The notes below the pieces were generated by a model. It saw only the letters and a list, made by a program, of their open reading frames with translations. It was not told where the DNA came from and ran no database searches. Position numbers and translations under genes: made by a program. A stretch of 64,000 nucleotides of DNA from IMG/VR virus record IMGVR_UViG_3300020450_000008; one strand, written 5' to 3'. The DNA is from a virus. Its lineage: Duplodnaviria > Caudoviricetes. Shown in pieces: positions 35,827 through 45,878 of this stretch (positions within the stretch are counted from its first letter, which is position 1; every line of letters begins with the position of its first letter).

Positions 35827-36359
35827 TTATAGAAGTTATTGAAGATAGACATTTTAAGATGTTAGAATATTTTTGTCAAAGGTGTAAAATACTAGGATTT
35901 GAAAATAATTCTAGTTTTGAAGCCATGAAACTTTTATGGTGCAAAAGTTGGGGAGAATACTGGTGTGCTATTGATGATAATGAAATAGTTGCAGTTGGTG
36001 GGTGCCATCCTTTACCTGAAGTATCTCCAACAGCTTGGAGAATATTATTTAGAGGTTGTGAACTTCCAAATAAATACACGTTTAAAGGTCTAGGTAAAGG
36101 AGATTGGAATAGTATAACTCAAAGAGAATTCATTCCGCTTATGATAAAATACTGCCCATCTTCTGAAATCTTTTTAACAACACACAGAGGTGGTGTACAT
36201 GAAAAGAACCATAAACTCATGACATTACTTTCTAAACAAAAGAATCCTTATTTAGTATATCATACGACAATGGAATTATATAATACTGAACAGACAATAT
36301 GGAGAGTAAAAGTTCCTACATATTTTGAAAGAAGAGGAAAACTAAAAAATGTTAGATAA
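35823..36359 (+). CDS. GNAT-like hypothetical protein
   Basis: WCAIDDNEIVAVGGC beta pattern followed by RILFRG. Confidence 0.4.
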   Translation: MIIEVIEDRHFKMLEYFCQRCKILGFENNSSFEAMKLLWCKSWGEYWCAIDDNEIVAVGGCHPLPEVSPTAWRILFRGCELPNKYTFKGLGKGDWNSITQREFIPLMIKYCPSSEIFLTTHRGGVHEKNHKLMTLLSKQKNPYLVYHTTMELYNTEQTIWRVKVPTYFERRGKLKNVR

Positions 36360-37233
36360 ATTAACAGCTTGGCATAATGGTGAGTATAAACCACTTGGAA
36401 ATGTAAAGATTAGTCCACTTGATTTTGGGTTTATACATTCGGATGCAACATATGATGTTATAAGAGTTAATGAAAGAAAAATATTATTTTGGCAGTATCA
36501 TGTAGAAAGATATCACAAAGCTTGTCATTATTATGGATTCGATCAAATAGATTACGAAGATATTTTAGAAATATCATCTAATTTAATTATTAAAAATAAT
36601 TTAAAAAATGCATTTATATGGATATGTAATTGGAGAGGAACACCAGAAAGTGGTAGTCCTAGAGATATTTGTAATGCGCCCCAGCATCAATTGATTTATG
36701 TAAAGCCGTATTATCCCATTAACGACAACAAACCTATTAGCTTGATATCTTGGTACGAGAATAAAAGATCCGATGCTGCATATCCACAAATATATAAAAA
36801 CTTTTCATGGATAGAATTTACGCGTGCACAATTAGACGTGCAACAAAAAGCACAAGTTGATTCAGCTGTATTACTAAGTCCGGAAGGTTACATAACTGAA
36901 GGTCCTGGTTTTGGAGTTTGTTTTGTAAAAGATAATAAAGTAATAACACCTAAGAGAAATGTTTTAAAAAGTGTTACTATTGATATAGTTGGAAACTTAT
37001 GTAAAGATTTAAATGGTGAGTTTGAAAGAAAAGATATAACATTAGAAGAAGCTCATTCAGCTGATGAATGTTTTATATGTAGTACAAGTGGAGGTATAAC
37101 ACCAGTAAATAAATTTGATCATGTTTGGTTAAAACATAAATTAACTATTATTCTCATGAGAGAATTTGCTGAGTTTATAAAAGGTGGATATAAGCAAGCC
37201 CACGGTTATTATCATCTTATTAAAGAAAGGTAA
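36349..37233 (+). CDS. PLP fold-type IV aminotransferase
   Basis: GFIHSDATYDV, catalytic Lys in YKNFSW, ITEGPGFG, L..VT, ADECFICSTSGGITPV. Confidence 0.88.
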   Translation: MLDKLTAWHNGEYKPLGNVKISPLDFGFIHSDATYDVIRVNERKILFWQYHVERYHKACHYYGFDQIDYEDILEISSNLIIKNNLKNAFIWICNWRGTPESGSPRDICNAPQHQLIYVKPYYPINDNKPISLISWYENKRSDAAYPQIYKNFSWIEFTRAQLDVQQKAQVDSAVLLSPEGYITEGPGFGVCFVKDNKVITPKRNVLKSVTIDIVGNLCKDLNGEFERKDITLEEAHSADECFICSTSGGITPVNKFDHVWLKHKLTIILMREFAEFIKGGYKQAHGYYHLIKER

Positions 37234-37237
37234 GTAA

Positions 37238-38245
37238 ATGAAAAAATTTTTAGATTATAACGATGTTTTAATAATTCCAAAGGTTAGTGATGAACCACTT
37301 GCAAGAAAAGATATTAATATAAACATAGATACTGGATATGTTCCTATTGTTATATCTAATATGTTAAGCACTGGAACTTATAAGATTGCAGATCTTATGT
37401 CAAAAGAACAAGTATTAACTTTCATACACAAAGAATATTCCGCAGAAGAGCATATACAAAATTTAAAGAAAATAAGATTTCCTGAATTTGTTGGGATAAC
37501 AAGTGGAATACAATCATGGGATATAGAAAAAACAATAGATGTTTACAGTCAAATTCCTGTTGGATTTATTAATGTTGACATAGCAAATGTATATGCAAAT
37601 ATGGAAGGTATGGTGAAAACAATAAAGACATATCGTGATGCCTTTCCTGATGCAAAAATTGTGGCGGGAAACATTTGTAGTCCTGAACCAGTAAGAGATC
37701 TAATAGGCGCTGGCGCAAATATAATAAAAATAGGTGTGGGTCCAGGAGCCGCGTGTAAAACTCGATCAGAGGTTGGTGTAGGAGTTCCACAATTCTCTGC
37801 CGTTCAAAGTGTAGTTGATTGTGCAAAATTATTTGGTGCAATGACTATTGCTGATGGTGGATGTGTTAACAGTGGAGACGTGTGTAAAGCCATTGGTGCT
37901 GGAGCTGATATTGTAATGATTGCTGGAATGGTTTCACATTCTGAAGAATGCGATAACGTTATTGAAGTTGATGGAAAAAAATATATTAACTTTTATGGAC
38001 TTGGAAGTAATGCGCAATATAAAAAGTTTACACCTCAAGAAGTTGAATACAGACCTAATGAAGGCCGTGATCTTTTGATTCCAGTAAAGGGAAGTATATT
38101 TGAAGTAATAAATCAAATCAAAGGAGCTTTAAGAAGTGTCTGTACTTATGTTGGTACAGATGATATATCAAAGCTTAAAAAACATGTCGAATTTGTAGAA
38201 GTAAATAATACAATTAATAAGAGCTTAGAAAAATATGAGAGATGA
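37238..38245 (+). CDS. Second, divergent GMP reductase/IMPDH-family protein
   Basis: LDYNDVLIIP, IVISNM, VDIAN, KIGVGPGAACKTR, IADGGC, SVCTYVG. Confidence 0.85.
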   Translation: MKKFLDYNDVLIIPKVSDEPLARKDININIDTGYVPIVISNMLSTGTYKIADLMSKEQVLTFIHKEYSAEEHIQNLKKIRFPEFVGITSGIQSWDIEKTIDVYSQIPVGFINVDIANVYANMEGMVKTIKTYRDAFPDAKIVAGNICSPEPVRDLIGAGANIIKIGVGPGAACKTRSEVGVGVPQFSAVQSVVDCAKLFGAMTIADGGCVNSGDVCKAIGAGADIVMIAGMVSHSEECDNVIEVDGKKYINFYGLGSNAQYKKFTPQEVEYRPNEGRDLLIPVKGSIFEVINQIKGALRSVCTYVGTDDISKLKKHVEFVEVNNTINKSLEKYER

Positions 38246-39053
38246 TCTCATCATTGCTACTGTTGTTGCCATTGACAGCGAAAGAAGGCAACGAAATTAT
38301 GATTTTCTAAAAAGATATTACGTTGACAATAATCTACCACATGTATTTTTAGAATATTCTGATAGTAGTTACTTACACTTACAAAAAATTTATAATGATT
38401 TTTATAAAAGCAACAAAGAAAAAATACTATTTAAACATGATGTTGACTGTATATTAAATGTTGAATCTATTAAGAAAGGTTATGATCTTTGCCGTGCTGA
38501 TAAAAATAATTTTGTATATCCATATGATCATGTTTCCTTCATTGATCCTACAGAATATAAATCAAACTTTGATGAATACCAACAAGTAGAATCTTTTAAT
38601 AGAAAGAATGATGGATTAGAAGTAGAGTCAAGTTACTGGCCAGATTGGTTAACTTTAGAAATGATGGCAAACTCTATCATGGGTGAACAAAGACATTTGC
38701 CAGCCCTTTCACATACTAATTTTAAAGATATGAATTATCAGAGTCCTTTAGGATATTGTTATATGTTTAATTTTGAAGGATACAACAGAGGTGGTTTGGA
38801 TAATGAATATCTACTTGATTTTAATTTTGATGATTTAGAAAGGTATCATAGACTAAGAACCTTAGGATATAATATAATTCAATTACCTGGAAAAATATAT
38901 CACATGGATCACAGTTTTAATAAAAATGGTACAAGAGTTAGAACTAAAGATTATATGATTCAAAACATATTTGAATATTTAAAAATAGCAAATTTAAATA
39001 AAAAAGAATTACAACTTTACATAGAGACATGGCCATGGACATTAAAGAATTAA
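38235..39053 (+). CDS. Glycosyltransferase (GT7/GT2-like)
   Basis: HDVD, GG.DN.Y....FDD.E...R..LG, IYHMDH. Confidence 0.65.
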   Translation: MRDDLIIATVVAIDSERRQRNYDFLKRYYVDNNLPHVFLEYSDSSYLHLQKIYNDFYKSNKEKILFKHDVDCILNVESIKKGYDLCRADKNNFVYPYDHVSFIDPTEYKSNFDEYQQVESFNRKNDGLEVESSYWPDWLTLEMMANSIMGEQRHLPALSHTNFKDMNYQSPLGYCYMFNFEGYNRGGLDNEYLLDFNFDDLERYHRLRTLGYNIIQLPGKIYHMDHSFNKNGTRVRTKDYMIQNIFEYLKIANLNKKELQLYIETWPWTLKN

Positions 39054-39631
39054 ATATAGGAGTCTCAGATTACAATTCGACCGAGGGTTTTACTAATATA
39101 GGATTAGATATATCGCATTCTCCACCAACAAAATTAAATCATGACGTAACAAATAAGATTCCAATTGATGATTCTTCTATTGAGTTCATATACACGAGCC
39201 ATTTAGTAGAGCATTTAAAAATAGAAGACTTTTATTTTTTTATTAAGGATTGTTATAGACTACTTAAAGAAGGAGGTATCTTACGTATTGTAACTCCTGA
39301 CCTGAAAGAATGGGTGAAGTCCTATTTAAACAATGATCAAGAGCTCTTTAAACTACATCAGCAAATTATGATAGAAAATAAAGGAAGACCTTGGAGTTTA
39401 ATTGATCATGAATATGTACAATTACCAGCAGATTATTTCATGACGATTTGTCATAACTGGAATCATAAATGGCTGTTTGATTATGAAAGTATTAGTTATC
39501 ACTTAAAAAAATGTGGCTTTAAAAATATAATAAATACTGGTTACAGGAATAGTGGTTATAAAGATATTGAAAGAGTAGAATTTAATCCAGAATTTTATAA
39601 ACCATCTTTGTACATAGAGGTTAAAAAGTAA
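39029..39631 (+). CDS. Class I SAM-dependent methyltransferase
   Basis: LNIG, HDVT..IP..D.S...IYTSHLVEHL, RLLKEGGILRIVTPD. Confidence 0.8.
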   Translation: MAMDIKELNIGVSDYNSTEGFTNIGLDISHSPPTKLNHDVTNKIPIDDSSIEFIYTSHLVEHLKIEDFYFFIKDCYRLLKEGGILRIVTPDLKEWVKSYLNNDQELFKLHQQIMIENKGRPWSLIDHEYVQLPADYFMTICHNWNHKWLFDYESISYHLKKCGFKNIINTGYRNSGYKDIERVEFNPEFYKPSLYIEVKK

Positions 39632-41182
39632 ATGAAAAAAATAGCTTTGTGCCAAATACCAGGAATGGATGTTAGGGCACCGAGTCAAGGTATAGCAGTC
39701 TTAAAAGCAATAGCTTTATCAAAAAGTTTTGACGCTAAATGTTTTGACTTAAACATATCAGTGTGGAATGATTTAGTGGATGAAGGACTAGGTTACCTTT
39801 GGGCCGATTGGAGCATTGAATTTGCTTATGCATTAATGAATGATAAAGAGTTTCATGAGTTGCAAAGTACATCATATGATGAGGAAACAGCAAATAGAGT
39901 TTTAAGCTGCATGCATTTTCATATTGACAGTATGATATATGAATATGACCCAGATGTTATTGGATTCAGCTTATTTAGTATAGTGCAAGAAAATACAGCT
40001 AGGATCGTTATAGACTACATAAAAGAAAATTATAAAGATATTGAAATTATAATAGGTGGACCAGCTTTACGGCACTATCATGAAGAAAGTTTACCTAAAG
40101 ATATTTTAGATAAAGTCGATGATTATTTTATTGGTGATGCTGAAGAAAGTTTTGTTAATTACTTAGATGGAAAAAAAGACTTTGGTGGATTAAATAATAT
40201 CAATGTAAATATGCATTTTGATAGAGATATATGGCCATCACCTGATTATAGAGATTTTGATTTTAGCCTATATCCTTCTAAATGGAGAGAACCACATGTA
40301 AGATCATCTGATGAAGGAACAGTTTATGTTACTGGATCAAAAGGTTGCGTAAGGGCATGTGAGTTCTGTGATGTACATAAAATATGGCCAAAGTTTTATC
40401 AAAAACAAGTTAACACAGTATTAAGAGATATTAAAAGCATAAGAGAGTATTTTAAATTTAGAAATGTATTCTTTACAGACAGTCTTATAAATGGAAGTAA
40501 TAAATTTATTAAAGATTTATCTCAAGGTATAATAGACGAATTTGGAGAAAAACCGTTTAGTTGGAGTGGACAGTGGATATGTAAAAGTAAAAAAAGTTTT
40601 ACTGAAGAGTATTTTGAAATAGCATCAAGAGCTGGATTGAATCAAATAATAGTTGGAATTGAAAGTGGCAGTGAAAAAGTTAGATGGGAAATGAATAAAA
40701 AGTTTTATAATGAAGATATTTACTTTACATTAGAAATGTGTAGAAAGTACAATATTCTTTTTATCCCTTTAATGATTGCTGGTTATCCTACAGAAACTGA
40801 TGATGACTTTAAACAGACATTGGATTTAGCAAAGAAATGGATAGAATATAGAGATGTTGTAAGACCTACATGTATTAATATGATGATGCTACTTCCAGGA
40901 ACAGATGTTACCATAGATCATGATAAATATCAATTGGCAAATATAACTTATGCAGAAGTCGAAGCTGGATATACTCCCTTAGATCAAAATTGGTCTTGTG
41001 GAGATAATGACTATGAAAAAAGAATTGAAAGATTTTACGAGTATCAATATCAGATTAAAAAAGCAGAAATGGGATTAGGTCATGTAAAAAGAAAGACTTT
41101 AAAAAGAGATTATCTTAATATTGCGAAGATACCAAATCCAGAATTAATACACAAGATTGATTATGTAAATGGCATCTATTAG
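39632..41182 (+). CDS. B12-binding radical SAM protein
   Basis: N-terminal B12 domain (DVIGFS, IIIGGP), GSKGCVRACEFC, GIESGS, GYPTET. Confidence 0.85.
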   Translation: MKKIALCQIPGMDVRAPSQGIAVLKAIALSKSFDAKCFDLNISVWNDLVDEGLGYLWADWSIEFAYALMNDKEFHELQSTSYDEETANRVLSCMHFHIDSMIYEYDPDVIGFSLFSIVQENTARIVIDYIKENYKDIEIIIGGPALRHYHEESLPKDILDKVDDYFIGDAEESFVNYLDGKKDFGGLNNINVNMHFDRDIWPSPDYRDFDFSLYPSKWREPHVRSSDEGTVYVTGSKGCVRACEFCDVHKIWPKFYQKQVNTVLRDIKSIREYFKFRNVFFTDSLINGSNKFIKDLSQGIIDEFGEKPFSWSGQWICKSKKSFTEEYFEIASRAGLNQIIVGIESGSEKVRWEMNKKFYNEDIYFTLEMCRKYNILFIPLMIAGYPTETDDDFKQTLDLAKKWIEYRDVVRPTCINMMMLLPGTDVTIDHDKYQLANITYAEVEAGYTPLDQNWSCGDNDYEKRIERFYEYQYQIKKAEMGLGHVKRKTLKRDYLNIAKIPNPELIHKIDYVNGIY

Positions 41183-41705
41183 TTGGAATAAAGAAGTTGA
41201 TATTATAGATGATAATCTATATTACATGAATGAACTCATGCAGGATCCGGTAGCTGAGGAGACACTTAATAAATGGAAAGATTGGGTAGAACACAATTTA
41301 AATAAAATTTTGTCTCAATACATGATTCCAGAAGGAATGATTATCCAAGCCGGAGTATGGAATGGAGATTTTTATTCGGTATTAAAAGATATTTTTGGTT
41401 GGGAAAGATGTATAGGATTTGATATAGTTAAATATACTGAAGACGACTCAGTAATATATAGTGATTTTAGAGATTTAAAAGATGAGCATCAGCTTCCTTG
41501 TGCTTTATTTTATAATGGAATGGGAAACTGGCTTTATAATAAAAAAAGTAAAACGTCAGGTTTAGAGTACGCGAAAAGAAATTTGGTAAAAGGTGGGTTA
41601 TATTTAGACTCTATTCATATGGATACAACAATACTTAAAGATGTTGAAGGATTAAATTACATGGCTACTTACGACGACAGGTTAATAATTTTAAGGAAAG
41701 AATAA
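41169..41705 (+). CDS. Methyltransferase-like hypothetical protein
   Basis: IQAGVWNG, IGFD, L..GG.Y Rossmann-like pattern. Confidence 0.45.
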   Translation: MASISWNKEVDIIDDNLYYMNELMQDPVAEETLNKWKDWVEHNLNKILSQYMIPEGMIIQAGVWNGDFYSVLKDIFGWERCIGFDIVKYTEDDSVIYSDFRDLKDEHQLPCALFYNGMGNWLYNKKSKTSGLEYAKRNLVKGGLYLDSIHMDTTILKDVEGLNYMATYDDRLIILRKE

Positions 41706-42412
41706 TGAATTTATGGAAAGATTCAATAATTAATGGAGTTACGGTTACTTCTAGTGGAACTACTGGAACTCCTAAAAAGATTTTTAGAAGTCCACAAAAT
41801 ATTGCTGAAGTTTCTAAAGCGGCCAACGAGGCTCAGAAAATAACAAAGGACAGTAGAATACTTACTGTAACAAGTCTAGATCATGCTGGTGGGTTATTAG
41901 CTCAGACAATACCTGCATATATAATGGGTGCAGTGGTTCACGCTACAACATTTAAACCTTTCAGTTTTTTAAAAGAATTTAGAAATTTTACTCATACGTT
42001 TTTGACCCCAACACAGATGGGCGCATTAATAAAAACAAAAACATTTAAAGACTATGATTTAAGTGGTAAAAGAATATTAGGAGGTAGTGATCCTATCCCT
42101 TGGGATTATATCGAAGCTTTTGTGAATCAAGGTGCTCTTGTTCAGCCTAACTGGGGAATGAGTGAAATAGGACCTATTACAATAAATTGTGAAATTGACT
42201 CAATAGAAAAATTTAACTATTATAAGGAACGTGCGCCGCAAACTCCACACGATCCAACCATTTTAGGAGACACCTTTTACTGCCAGAAAAAAATAATTGA
42301 TGGCGAATTAGTCGTGCGGGGGCCTTTGTGTTATAAATTAGGTTGGCTTGAAACCGGAGACATAGTAGAAGAAGTAGATAACATTTTATATTTTCATCGT
42401 AGAAAGGAATAA
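41705..42412 (+). CDS. Short AMP-binding (ANL/acyl-CoA ligase) protein
   Basis: TSSGTTGTPK P-loop, H.GG, WGMSEIGP, GELVVRG, W..TGD. Confidence 0.8.
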   Translation: MNLWKDSIINGVTVTSSGTTGTPKKIFRSPQNIAEVSKAANEAQKITKDSRILTVTSLDHAGGLLAQTIPAYIMGAVVHATTFKPFSFLKEFRNFTHTFLTPTQMGALIKTKTFKDYDLSGKRILGGSDPIPWDYIEAFVNQGALVQPNWGMSEIGPITINCEIDSIEKFNYYKERAPQTPHDPTILGDTFYCQKKIIDGELVVRGPLCYKLGWLETGDIVEEVDNILYFHRRKE

Positions 42413-42413
42413 C

Positions 42414-42635
42414 ATGAATACTGGACCATTAACTAGTGCATTTGATGACGACATCGAAGGTGTAGTGCTAAAAGAGTTTATAGTTTACAGAGTTGTAGAT
42501 GGCAATCTTACAAGAGAAAAATTTGTTAGAAAATATCATGGTGATGGTGACTATACCGATCACAGTGAATCCACACCGCTATCTCCAATAGGCTTTACGC
42601 TTGAAGGAAAGATTCCTGGTGCCACAGGAAAATAA
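42414..42635 (+). CDS. Hypothetical protein
   Basis: ORF closing the operon. Confidence 0.5.
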   Translation: MNTGPLTSAFDDDIEGVVLKEFIVYRVVDGNLTREKFVRKYHGDGDYTDHSESTPLSPIGFTLEGKIPGATGK

Positions 42636-42658
42636 TTCACTTTTTTTAAAAATAATCG

Positions 42659-42687
42659 TTTACATTTGAAAAGAATTATGGTATTAT
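42659..42687 (+). promoter_or_regulatory. Early promoter
   Basis: TTTACA-N17-TATTAT. Confidence 0.7.
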
Positions 42688-42717
42688 ATACTATAATATG
42701 AAAAGGAAGGAGCCAGA

Positions 42718-43683
42718 ATGGCACATCAAGTAGAAACAATGGCATACGCAGGGGATCTCCCTTGGCATGGTCTAGGTGTAAAAGTTAGTAACGAGTTAAC
42801 TCCAGCAATGATGATGGAGAAAGCAGGCCTTGATTGGTCTGTAGAAAAGAAGGATATGAAAGTTATAGATGGCATGAAGTCTATAACAATTCCAGGAAGA
42901 AAAGCTTTAATCAGATCTTCCGATAATAAATTTCTTGACGTTGTAGGAGATGATTGGCATCCAATACAAAACGCAGAAGTTTTCGATTTCTTTACAGAAT
43001 TCGTAATGGCAGGTGATATGGAAATGCATACTGCTGGATCACTTAAAGGTGGTTCAATTATATGGGCTCTTGCAAAAGTAAAAGAGTCTTTTGATGTATT
43101 TGGTGATGATAGAGTTGATGCTTACATGCTTCTTTCATCTCCTCATCAATATGGTAAATCTATGGATGTTAGATTTACTCCAATCAGAGTTGTTTGCAAC
43201 AACACTTTAACAATGTCTCTTCAACAAGAGTCTAAAAGATCAGTAAAAGTTCGTCACAGAACTGCATTTGATCCTGATAGTGTTAAAGAAACATTAGGTA
43301 TCGCTCATGAAAAATTTGCGAAGTACAAGGACATGGCTCAGTTTCTTGGAAGCAAAAAGTTTTCAGTTGATAATCTTATTAATTATTACAACGAGCTTTT
43401 CCCAACAACTTCAAGAAGAGAAGAGCAAAAGGTCAAACCAGTGAGTGGTTACAAAGATCTTTCAAGAGCAGCTCAAATGTGTTATGACGCGCTTGAAGTT
43501 CAGCCAGGAGCAGAATACGCTCCAGGATCTTGGTGGCAGGCCTTAAACTCAGTAACATATTTTACTGATCATCAACAAGGTCGTAACGCTGAAAACAGAC
43601 TACATAGTCAGTGGTTCGGTTACAATCAAGGTCGAAAAGTAAAAGCTGCTGAAAAAGCAGTTGAATTCGCTAGAGCCTCTTAA
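42718..43683 (+). CDS. DUF932-family phage protein
   Basis: MAH.VETMAY...PWHGLG, PIQN...F.FF, TAGSL..G..IW.LA, TPIRVVCNNTL, W.ALN.VT. Confidence 0.85.
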   Translation: MAHQVETMAYAGDLPWHGLGVKVSNELTPAMMMEKAGLDWSVEKKDMKVIDGMKSITIPGRKALIRSSDNKFLDVVGDDWHPIQNAEVFDFFTEFVMAGDMEMHTAGSLKGGSIIWALAKVKESFDVFGDDRVDAYMLLSSPHQYGKSMDVRFTPIRVVCNNTLTMSLQQESKRSVKVRHRTAFDPDSVKETLGIAHEKFAKYKDMAQFLGSKKFSVDNLINYYNELFPTTSRREEQKVKPVSGYKDLSRAAQMCYDALEVQPGAEYAPGSWWQALNSVTYFTDHQQGRNAENRLHSQWFGYNQGRKVKAAEKAVEFARAS

Positions 43684-44079
43684 GGCTCTAGTTAACCCTA
43701 GAATAAGGAAATAAAATTGATAAATGAACTTATATGCATAGTCGGAATTGCTGCAACTAGCTTTTTAACAGGTTATTTGATAGCTGATTTACAAAGTTTT
43801 AGAAGGTACATTAAAGAAAATTGCTTGAAGTAGCAGTCAAAGCATCCTTTTTAATAAATAATTCTTATGACAAGAACAATACTAAAAGGAGTAACATGCA
43901 TGAATCAGACAAGGATGATCCATGTGATGATGTTTCTGGAAAAAACGCATTAGAAGGCTGGATTAAAGCCTCAGAAAACACCACTAAAAAGAAGAAAAAA
44001 ATTGAAAGGGATTATCCGCCTTATCCAGGTATTGAACCCGAAGACAATGAATAGTTTAATACAAATTTGATATATAGAA

Positions 44080-44108
44080 GCAGAGGCCTTAAAATCTCTG
44101 CTTTTATT
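44080..44108 (+). terminator. Intrinsic terminator
   Basis: GCAGAG...CTCTGC stem then TTTTATTT. Confidence 0.5.
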
Positions 44109-44269
44109 TAATTAAAAAGTAAAGCTTATAAAAAGAAATCTAAAAAATTAATTAAGAAGGTAAATGTTATGAATAAAGAAGCACTGATAACACATTTCGT
44201 AATGTTTATACTTGGTTGTATCACTATGTACATGATGGTAAACTATCTATGATAATATTTAAATATGAA

Positions 44270-44295
44270 AAAGGGGAGACAAGCTCCCCTCTTCC
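44270..44295. terminator. Terminator between convergent units
   Basis: AGGGGAG-ACAAG-CTCCCCT stem with a flanking A run, which reads as a U-tract on the minus strand. Confidence 0.65.
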
Positions 44296-44531
44296 TAACT
44301 TACGGCTACTCTTAAATCATTTCGCAACTTTGCTTCCATGTGAGAAATTAAAACTTTTCTCATTGCAGAAGCTCTGTTACGATCACTAAATGAATACTCT
44401 CTTACATCGTCGTTATCTACTCTAATACTAAAAACGAAAAATGCACCTTGCTTTTTAACGTTTGATGCACTGCCTAGAGCAACCCGTTTTGGGTCTATTC
44501 TAGCGCCAAAGTTTGTTTCTATTACTGACAT
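44295..44531 (-). CDS. Conserved hypothetical protein (likely start 44531)
   Basis: IETNFG.RIDPKRVA.GSAS.VKK.GAF..FS. Confidence 0.6.
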   Translation of the reverse strand: MSVIETNFGARIDPKRVALGSASNVKKQGAFFVFSIRVDNDDVREYSFSDRNRASAMRKVLISHMEAKLRNDLRVAVS

Positions 44532-44692
44532 TAGTCTGCCTTCCATATTGTCCATGCTCCATAGATTATTGCTAATCCGGCAGCAATTTTAGCGAGCGGT
44601 GTTAAGAAAAGAACTAGCAATCCAAGTGCTATTAGTGCAGCACCGTCCCATGTAGTTCTTTCTGAGATTCTATTCTTTACCCAATTAATCAT
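44531..44692 (-). CDS. 53-aa two-TM membrane protein (absent from ORF track)
   Basis: Hand translation MINWVKNRISERTTWDGAALIALGLLVLFLTPLAKIAAGLAIIYGAWTIWKAD. Confidence 0.6.
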   Translation of the reverse strand: MINWVKNRISERTTWDGAALIALGLLVLFLTPLAKIAAGLAIIYGAWTIWKAD

Positions 44693-44925
44693 TACTTCTT
44701 ATTCCATATATGCCATAAGACTGCAATTGCAACTAGACCTACTAGGCCTTGGTCACTGAAATTGCTGATCAGTCCTAGAATGTTTTCTGTTACGTTTACT
44801 TTTGGCCAGAATGGAATGTTCATACCGTTGAATAGTATCTCTAGCACGATTCCGAGACCGATTAAACTTACACCGGCTTCTGCTATTCCACCAGCCCAAG
44901 ATTTAATTGATTTTAATATATCCAT
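44692..44925 (-). CDS. Small membrane protein
   Basis: Two hydrophobic helices; GGAGGG SD. Confidence 0.65.
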   Translation of the reverse strand: MDILKSIKSWAGGIAEAGVSLIGLGIVLEILFNGMNIPFWPKVNVTENILGLISNFSDQGLVGLVAIAVLWHIWNKK

Positions 44926-45182
44926 GTATTCCCCTCCTATATTGTTTCGGGTGTAGTATTATTTATCATTCTTTTGATTTGAACTACCTAGATTTACCTT
45001 GTCCACGGTATTTTTTAGTCATACGTCTCTTATGTTTATTCATGGTAGACGTGATAGGTTTTCTTCCTATAGAAGTTCCTTTCTGAACTGGAGTGTGTAT
45101 TACAGTTCCAATTGTCTTCTGTTTTGCCATAATATCCTCTGTATCATTTATGTAACAGTATTATATATTATGAAAATAAACC

Positions 45183-45211
45183 TTTACTTTTCTAAAAAAA
45201 TATTGTATTAT
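45183..45211 (+). promoter_or_regulatory. Early promoter
   Basis: TTTACT-N17-TATTAT. Confidence 0.7.
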
Positions 45212-45321
45212 ACTATTATAAGGAAAGGAAATAAAATGTTTACACCAGATACAATAGCAATAACAATAATGTTAATAGCGCTTTTCATAACAGTAAAGGT
45301 GGTCTTCGGACCATACTTATA

Positions 45322-45564
45322 ATGCCAAAGTTTCGTAGAAAATTTTTAAAGCCAACAAGATTTAATCCTAAGGGACATATGTATGTTGGCGTTGTTTGGC
45401 CAGTCGAAGGTAGCACTGGAAAGAAATATGATGTAGAATTAACCGATGAAGGATTTGAATGTAATTGTTATGGATTTGGATTCCATGGATATTGCAAGCA
45501 TTCAAAGGCAGTTCTTAAAAAAGTGGAACAAACAACTTTTGATAACTTTGTGAGGGTCCTATGA
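45322..45564 (+). CDS. SWIM zinc-finger protein
   Basis: FECNC...YCKH (CxC-xn-CxH). Confidence 0.7.
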   Translation: MPKFRRKFLKPTRFNPKGHMYVGVVWPVEGSTGKKYDVELTDEGFECNCYGFGFHGYCKHSKAVLKKVEQTTFDNFVRVL

Positions 45565-45776
45565 GTAAAGGAATTAAAGGAAGAGGAAAAGTTTCTTCAA
45601 CCTCTAGGTCTTGGGAAAAAGCTATGAAAAAGAACGGTAATAAGAAGATAAGACAACAAGGAAAGAAAGAGGCGAAAAAGAGATGAGTGATATAGGCTGG
45701 TTAGTTGTGATGTATATTATAGGCGTACTATATATTTTGTCACCTTGGATAGCTGTTACATATATGTTACAGTCTG

Positions 45777-45846
45777 ATAAAAAAAGTGAAAAAAGTGAAA
45801 AAAAGTAAAAATAAACGTTTACATTCATGTGTTTTTATGGTAGATT
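45777..45846 (+). promoter_or_regulatory. Early promoter with tandem A-tract upstream element
   Basis: Near-tandem AAAAAAGTG units, then TTTACA (45818)-N17-TAGATT. Confidence 0.6.
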
Positions 45847-45878
45847 AATAGTATAAGGTAAATAAAAAAGGAAGATAA

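Noticed and set aside
45777-45812. Tandem AAAAAAGTG repeats as possible CRISPR or iteron
   Set aside because: There are no spacers and only about three short units; the position fits a promoter upstream element. No CRISPR array was seen anywhere.
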